DNA from: Octopus vulgaris | Taxonomy: Eukaryota | Direction of reading: 5' to 3' | Assembly: GCA_951406725.2 (NCBI GenBank) | Contig: OX597822.1 | Location: 111,104,001-111,168,000, forward strand | DNA length: 64,000 bases | Shown here: positions 55,721 to 64,000 of the stretch, one piece after another | How the letters are laid out: every line of letters starts with the position of its first letter | How positions within the stretch are numbered: position 1 is the stretch's first letter | Made by a program: the position numbers and the translations under genes | Notes under the pieces: model-generated | What the model saw: only the letters and a program-made list of their open reading frames with translations | Database searches by the model: none | What the model was told of the DNA's origin: nothing

Positions 55721-56464
55721 TATCAAATAATAGAAATCCCCTTTTGTATATCTCAAGTTAACTTTTCATGTATCGCATCTCCTTCTATTACCATCAATTC
55801 TATTATGATCACTAAACCTGCTCCGTTTTATGCTAACTCTCTCTCTCTTTTTCTCCTTTACAACCTTCCTCGCTCTCTATACGACATAAATCATAGCTAG
55901 ATAATTCAACCGACCTACCAACCCACCAAACCACCAACCAACCAACCAACATTTATGTCGGGTATTATTATATGGAGATTACAAGTTGTTAAAATCCATG
56001 GCCTAACGCACGGGAAATATATTCAAATCGTGTATGGAAATTGAATATATAATATAACCTTTTGGATACATATACATAATAAATATATTCCAATTTAATT
56101 TCTTCTTAATGAGTATTTAATATCCACCAAATAGATTTACGCAATGAACAGAAACGAAGAGAATGAAGAAGAAATCAATACTTCACAGTTTTGAATCTAC
56201 CAGTGCTAAACAGTAGAAGCAATCAAATAGAATGCTCAGATGTATACGTTGTAAAATATGCAAACACATTTTCATGGATTTCCAATAATTAATAAGCCAA
56301 TATAGTTGTAAGGTACCAAGGTTACTCTAATTGCTTTGAAATGTAACTTGCATGTTAGTGCCTCGACTACTGTAAGACAGTGCATAGTCATTGATTTCTA
56401 AGAAAGAATATCAATCTAAAACAAAAGCAAAATCACAACTAAAGGGATCGCTGAAACTGTGTGG

Positions 56465-56503
<39 letters not shown>

Positions 56504-56687
56504 CATATATTCAGTTGACAATCAGGAGTCCAGTGGTGGTTGCGACTTCACGTCAGGAGTATGTTATATTGCTGACCTAACCCGCGGGCGTGGCATCATT
56601 AGAAAGCTACAACAATGGGAGAAAAGTCATCGTGACCAGCGGTACGCAAACAGTATGGTATAGTTTGGTCGATTCAGCGAGACACTG

Positions 56688-56754
<67 letters not shown>

Positions 56755-56928
56755 TATTGTTTATATTTATATGTATCTCTCTCCCCACCTCTCTCTCTAT
56801 CTCTTTCTCTACGTATATATATATATATATATATACTGTTGTGTCTGGGGAGAGTAATTTTCTTTTTGTGCCTTATAATGTAACACACTCACCGGTAAAA
56901 TTTCCACTTATTTCTTATTTTTATTTTC

Positions 56929-56965
56929 CTAACATTTTCGTTGCGTCTTGCAACCTTTTCAATAG
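56929..56965 (-). ncRNA. Degenerate minimal hammerhead, U3:A8 variant, in an element between (TA)n tracts
   Basis: Minus strand reads CTA TTGAAAA G GTTGC AAGAC GCAAC GAA AATG T TAG. Confidence 0.4.
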
Positions 56966-57038
56966 TCTTGACTCTCTTCAGAATATGCTTCAACACACAA
57001 GCTCATATAAAGAATCTTGCAAACCAAATCCCAAAACG

Positions 57039-57085
<47 letters not shown>

Positions 57086-57822
57086 ATTAAAAACGTGTAG
57101 TAAATGCACAAGCGAACGAAGACAGATACAAAATGGCAAGTTGAGAAACATAGCAAATGCACAGACGAAAGGAAATTAGACACAGAAGATTTTCGGCCAG
57201 AGGTTCAAATGCAATTTCGTGCCTTTAACGATAATATTGAGTCCCTTCTAGTGGCAACATAACGAAACATAACAGAATGAGAACAGACAAATCATAAATA
57301 AATAAGCAAGCAATATAGAAGTAGACATACGAAAATGAATAAATGTAATTCAAGACGAGCTAGTCAGTGGACAGACGAGGGACATAAGTCAAATAAATGA
57401 ACAAAAAATGTAGCCTTATGGCTACTTCAAGACAAGTACAGGTAACGATAATAGAAAAAATCTTAATGGATTGCAAACAGAAGGGCGACAGAAAGCGAAA
57501 CAGGCTGAAGTGGAAAAAGGAGACAGAGAAAGAGAGAGAAAAAAGGATGATTACGGGTCACATATCAGTAGTAGCAACGAGAAAAGTGGTAGTGGACAGA
57601 AGGAGACGCAGAAGGCAGAGCGGGAAGGGGAGAATAAGAGAGCGAGCGTGAGAGAGAGAGTGAGAGAGAGAGAGAGAAAGGACGACACAGAGAAAGAAAA
57701 AGGAGAAAAAAGAAAGGCTAGAAAATGATAGACAGTTAAATACATACATGCACGCGCTCCTGGACACTGAGTTACCTTGGCTATAAATGAGTTATATTCT
57801 TTGTGAAATATATTTACGTAGA

Positions 57823-57989
57823 TAGGCGTAGGAGTGGCTGTGTGGTAAGTAGCTTGCTTACCAACCACATGGTTCCGGATTCAGTCCCACTGCGTGGCAC
57901 CTTGGGTAAGTGTCTTCTGCTATAGCCTCGGGCCGACCAAAGCCTTGTGAGTGGATTTGGTAGACTGAAACTGAAAGAAGCCCGTCGTA

Positions 57990-58055
<66 letters not shown>

Positions 58056-58272
58056 CATATTTGTGTGTCTGTGTTTATCCCCCCAACATCTCTTGACAAC
58101 CGATGCTGGTGTGTTTACGTCCCCGTAACTTAGCGGTTCGGCAAAAAAGAGAACGATAAAATAAGTACTAGGCTTACAAAGGAAAAGTCCTGGGGTCGAT
58201 TTGATCGACTAAAGGCGGTGCTCCAGCATGGCTACAGTCACATGACTGAAACAAGTAAAAGAGTAAAAGAGA
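57823..58272 (+). mobile_element. SINE family A
   Basis: Homology to other copies. Confidence 0.9.
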
Positions 58273-58585
58273 GTGAGATATACTTAGACATTTTTCCCAA
58301 AGTCTAAGTACCTTGACTACTAGCGGTAAAGTGAGCCTGGTGAGCTGGTGATTGCACTGCGTGACAAAAAAAGACACGTAATAATGACTTACTTTCCAGA
58401 TAATAAAAAGATAGTTTTCTGTGATGGCTTCTAGACTTTGGGGAATCCTTGTTTCTTGCAATATTTCCCCTGCCCTCATGGAGTTAGATTTCACTCTCAT
58501 TTGTAACCGTGACACAAAGTGTGGAGGCGGAGATACTTTTAATAAATGAAGAAGCACTGCTGCTGGATGTTATTACATACATATA

Positions 58586-58893
58586 TCACGTCATCACCAT
58601 CACGTGACCGACCAGTCCCTCAGATGTAGTTACACATCGCTGGTCACAATGCGTTCGCATTGTTTTAGCCTTCGAATGTGCCACCCCGCTGCCTAAACGA
58701 GCAGGCCAAGAAAGAATGGGAGAAAGAGTGGTGAAAGAGTACAGCAGGGATCACCACCCCCTGCCGGAGCCTCGTGGAGCTGTTTTAGGTGTTTTCGCTC
58801 AATAAACACTCACAACGCTCGGTCTAGGAATCGAAACCGCGATCTTACGACCGCGAGTCCGCTGCCCTAACCACTGGGCCATTGCGCCTCCAC
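58586..58893 (-). mobile_element. SINE family C
   Basis: Homologous to 1497-1859. Confidence 0.85.
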
Positions 58894-58962
58894 ACATACA
58901 TATATATGTGTGTGCGTATATATGTATGAATATATAGGTGTACGTAAAATTGCATCTACACG

Positions 58963-59017
<55 letters not shown>

Positions 59018-59086
59018 GTCAAATAAAATAAAATAACAAGGCTAAGACGATTTGATATTCCTAGGACATTTTTAAATAGAAAGGTG

Positions 59087-59134
59087 GTCTTACAGCCGTT
59101 TCAGGTATATAAATGATATCCCATCATCAAACAC
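59087..59134 (-). ncRNA. Degenerate hammerhead, related to 4265-4312
   Basis: Minus strand reads GTGT TTGATGA TGGGATAT...ACCT GAA ACGGCTGT A AGAC. Confidence 0.45.
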
Positions 59135-60032
59135 GAGTTAAAAGAGCTTCAATGGTAGGATTTAGGAGAGTTAATCTTTTTTAGAAGTTATTCTGGAGAG
59201 GGAGAGATATACAAGAAATTAAATATAATACAGGCACTGTAACAGGAAAATATGAAAATAAAGATACATGTTGGATGTTAAGGTTACTGTTCCGTTATCC
59301 AAGAAATGTGTTGTTTTCAATGAGTAAAGAGGCTTCTTGTCCATTATCTGTAAAGTTCAATAAGAATTCATATGTTGTTATTTCACAAATGGTATTAATG
59401 GCGTGTGTTGTTCATTCAAAAAGATCTTCCAGTATAAATGAATGTTAAGATTTATAGTGTTAAGGGGAAGTAGATAAAGAGAGAAATGAATAGATAAGAA
59501 TGTGAGAAGGAAGAAGTATGTATGGGAGACGGTGGTGTTTTATAACGGCTAGAGTGGAGGAAGGGGAGGGAAAAGAAGAAAAAAAGATAAAAGAAAAGAT
59601 GAGTGCTGGTCAAGATATTATAAGGGAGAAGGGAGAGGAGAGCTATCGATAGATAAAAGGAATAGAGGGAGGGGTAGACAGAAGAGATACGAAAGTAAGA
59701 AAAGAGTATGTATGAAAAGTTGGGGTGGGGGATAAGTTTGAACAGGCATTAAGGTGGAGGAATAGATAAAGAAGGAGTACTAAATGTGAGTAGTTAACCT
59801 GAAGAAGGAGGGAAAGGGGTGAAATAATGAGGGGGAGTGCTCGGAATTAAGAGGTAAATGTGGACATATAATGGTCAAGTTTCTAAAAATAGATGTAGAT
59901 TTTACAAGTTAGAGTATGTACTAGCTAAAGTGAAGGGCGAAAATTATAGTGGGAACTGATACAGCAGTGAGAGAAAGAAAACTAATGTATATATATTTTT
60001 ATTTCTCTCACTGATTTATCAATCGCAACTAA

Positions 60033-60082
<50 letters not shown>

Positions 60083-60113
60083 TTTAGAATAATAAGGTAG
60101 TTAAAATGTTGGA

Positions 60114-60157
<44 letters not shown>

Positions 60158-60332
60158 AGTAGGTGAATGAATTATCCTATGTTTATCGTCAGCATGGAAA
60201 ATTCGTTTAACCGAAACCTGACGTCAATTCTTCTAACGGATTTTTAAAAAAAAACACTTATTATCGCTTTGTTTACCATGTAGGCAATCATCGAAATTTT
60301 TGTTTGTCTTGTTGTCGAGAGAGGCTCCCTTT

Positions 60333-60396
60333 CTTTCCTGATGAGAAGATTACATAATGCACCCTTTATTCCTTTGGAATGAAAATATGTCGAGAG
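60333..60396 (+). ncRNA. Possible degenerate hammerhead
   Basis: CTTTC CTGATGA ... ATTCC TTT GGAAT GAA AATATGT C GAGAG; stems II and III are imperfect. Confidence 0.35.
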
Positions 60397-60441
60397 TAAA
60401 GGAATTTTGTTAACATCTTCGTTCGACTCCATTCTTTCATT

Positions 60442-60528
<87 letters not shown>

Positions 60529-61072
60529 CATAATAAATGAAATAAAACATAGCGTGCGTGTTGCGAAGCCTTCGGTGCAGAAGCTGGAGAGGAAAATGAT
60601 CAAGCCCGTTGACGAGGCGAGAATAGTTATTTATATTTTATTTACATTTTATCGCTTTCTTCCGTTATCGATTTAGATTTCTTGGCCTTTTTATTAAGAA
60701 TTTTATGGGGTTTGCCAGGTAAGGGAAAAGAAAGATGAGCAAATTTTTTTTAGAAGGAGCGGGTAAAGAAGCGTGGCTTTTGTATAGTCAGTCTTGTTTG
60801 TTTAACACTTAGTGGCCTTTTCAGGAGGGGAAGGAAAAAAAATTTCTGAATTTGAAATGGTCAAGGTTTTAATTGAAAAACCAGATGTTTTTCATTTTCT
60901 TCAGTAAAAATTATAATTACATTTACAGGACTTGCTTTTTTATGTTCGTTAAAGAATAGTAGTATAGATATGGTCAAGATTTTCTGATTGAAATTGCAGA
61001 TGATGTCGAAAGAGTGATTCTTTGAGTTCACTATACGCCCGCACATCAATATATATACACACGCACACGCAT

Positions 61073-61114
<42 letters not shown>

Positions 61115-61389
61115 AAAGACGTCTATGTACATACATGTTCATAGCTGTGCAAACATAAACACACCATACATACATAAGTACACATTATGAGTTTAAAAAA
61201 ATAATATACTTAAAGATTCATCTTTTTGGTTAAATAGATTTGGATAGCTTTGTAATTTTAGCCACTACTGTTGATTTTTTCCCGAGTATTTGTCCTGCAG
61301 ACTGCAAAAAGGAATCTAAAAAAAATAGCAATACACAATGATGTTACCAATTATATTTGCAAATTCCTCTATTTTTGGTTAGCTCTCTC

Positions 61390-61598
61390 TCTCTTATCTC
61401 TTTTACTTTTTTCAGTCATTTAACTGCGGCCATGCTGGAGCACCGCCTCTAGTCGAGCAAATCGACCCGGGGAATTATTCTTTGTAAGCCCAGTACTTAT
61501 TCTATCGGTCTCTTATGCCGAACCGCTAAGTGACGGGGACGTAAACACACCAGCATCGGTTGTCAAGCAATGCTAGGGGGACAAACACATACACACAA

Positions 61599-61663
<65 letters not shown>

Positions 61664-61808
61664 TACGACAAGCTTCTTTCAGTTTCCGTCTACCAAATGC
61701 ACTCACAAGGCATTGGTCGGCCCGGGGCTATAGCAGAAGACACTTGCCCAAGATGCCACGCAGCAAGTGTCTTCTGCTATAGCCCCGGGCCGACCAATGT
61801 CTTGTGAG
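61390..61808 (-). mobile_element. 5'-truncated SINE family A with a terminal fold-back inversion
   Basis: 61763-61808 is the reverse complement of 61702-61747. Confidence 0.85.
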
Positions 61809-62515
61809 CTGTTTTATTTTGAATATATTTTAAAGCTCCAGCCTCGAATTTTCTAAGGGAGAAAGAGATCCACGTTCACAAGAGGGAAATCAGCTGTTCT
61901 TATAGAATTTCGAAATCTGGAGTGTTTAGCAAGGTCCAACAACAAAGTTGTAAAAAGATTTTAGCGATGGCTTGAGATGATCTTTAACATATATACAATC
62001 AAATTCGTATACAATTCTCGTAGGCGGAATTTCAAAAAAATATATAGTTATGTTAATTCTTGTTGAGGACTATTTTTATGAATTATAGGCCCTTTATCTC
62101 GCGGAGCTATGAATTTTTCTTCACATATTTTCAAATGTTTCCTTTTTTTTTCAAGCGTTTAATTTTGGTACGAACTTCTTTATGAAGTGCAACTCCATTG
62201 CTTTCGGAAGTTTGGGTCGTTCCTCGAGCGTTTGACCATACTTAGTGATGTGCTGAAATGTAAGATCAGATTTTATTGCAATTACAGCTCAACCTTCGAA
62301 ACACATTAATCTCCCATTTTTTGATAATGTGGTTTATGTTTCCATATCCTCCTCAGATAAGATCGTTGGCTCCCTGTAGACCACCTGATGGCATGGAAGT
62401 ATCCTTTAACCACGAAACTTCAAGTCATGTGGGGCTGATTGAAACTGTTATTTCATAAATGTAATTCCAACCAAAGTTTTGAGTACTTCTACCTTTTGTT
62501 CGCTCTTTCACTCGG

Positions 62516-62719
<204 letters not shown>

Positions 62720-63573
62720 TCTATTTATTCATTTATTTATCTACCTATCTGTCTCTATACATGTATGTATGTATGTATGTATGTGCACAAACATATACAT
62801 GAGTTCAGGATTCAATTGAATTAGGTACTTAAACAGTAAAACACCGGCTCGGGTTAAATGAAGGGAATTGTGTATATGAAGAATGTATAAGAGCAAATAT
62901 CCACACACCGATGTATAGACAGATTATTATTCCGGTTGTAAATGCGATTAATTGCACCCGACTGAGTATGAGTTTCATGGTTGTATTTAGGAACGCACAC
63001 TGCACCAATTGAACTGCACTTAATAGTCTATCGATCCACACTAACAGTAGTTTCCGAATATAAATTTAAATAAAATAAATTAATAATAAACTAAATTAAA
63101 CTCATCTTCGATGTCAGAATATGATATCAAATTTTCATCCTCTAATTTATATCCCCTACTCAACTCCCTCGTTATCTTTTAAGGTCTTTTGTCTAGATCT
63201 CTGTCCTCCAGTCTTTTAAAGGTTATGAATTAAACATGGCTTTGTATTATAGATATTGTACCGAATATTATTATACCCTTTCCTCTATTCTTCCTACGGT
63301 TATAAATATTCCCCTTCTTCCTTACTGTCAACGAAATATTTTTTTCTATATTAACTACTAACCTGAGCATGTCAATTATTTCTCTTGATTATTACTGGTC
63401 AGAGGATCATGAAGTGGTACAAACTTTTGACTTTTGGAATGTTTTAAATCTGTAATTCGAGTGCATTTACCTGATTAAAAATGGGTTTTTTTTCACATGA
63501 TATATCTCTGTTTATCAATTGAAAATTTCGTTTGAAACAACTGTACTGAATGACCCATTATCCGTCTGCTGTC

Positions 63574-63911
<338 letters not shown>

Positions 63912-64000
63912 CTTTGTGTGTGTGCGTGAGTGTTACTGTAAATGTATGAATACGTAAATCTGTACACCATGTAGATACATTCAATTGTATCTTCCATTTT

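Overview
Gene-poor, AT-rich animal DNA packed with (TA)n, (CA)n, (TATC)n and (TAA)n microsatellites. The SINE repertoire suggests an octopus (coleoid cephalopod) genome; this is inferred from recalled repeat families, not from a search. I see no intact host protein-coding gene, and most listed ORFs are translated microsatellites or SINEs. Recognisable content: at least four tRNA-derived SINE families; decayed LINEs (L1/Tx1-like, RTE, CR1-like, R4/Dong-like); three mariner remnants, one near full length; non-autonomous Helitrons; and Penelope-like element (PLE) fragments. The main hidden signal, folded by eye only, is about 17 hammerhead-ribozyme (HHR)-like motifs from roughly ten unrelated short repeat families. 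Most lie beside (TA)n tracts and several are head-to-head inverted pairs, the PLE integration signature. They include near-canonical type I folds (3425-3473, 25901-25964), compensatory core variants (U3:A8, G3:C8) and a tRNA-promoter-headed HHR element inserted as an inverted dimer with one flanking duplication (31821-32343), a candidate PLE-mobilised ribozyme SINE or retrozyme. A Helitron that has taken up a 1-kb inverted copy of nearby DNA (6177-7660) is also notable.
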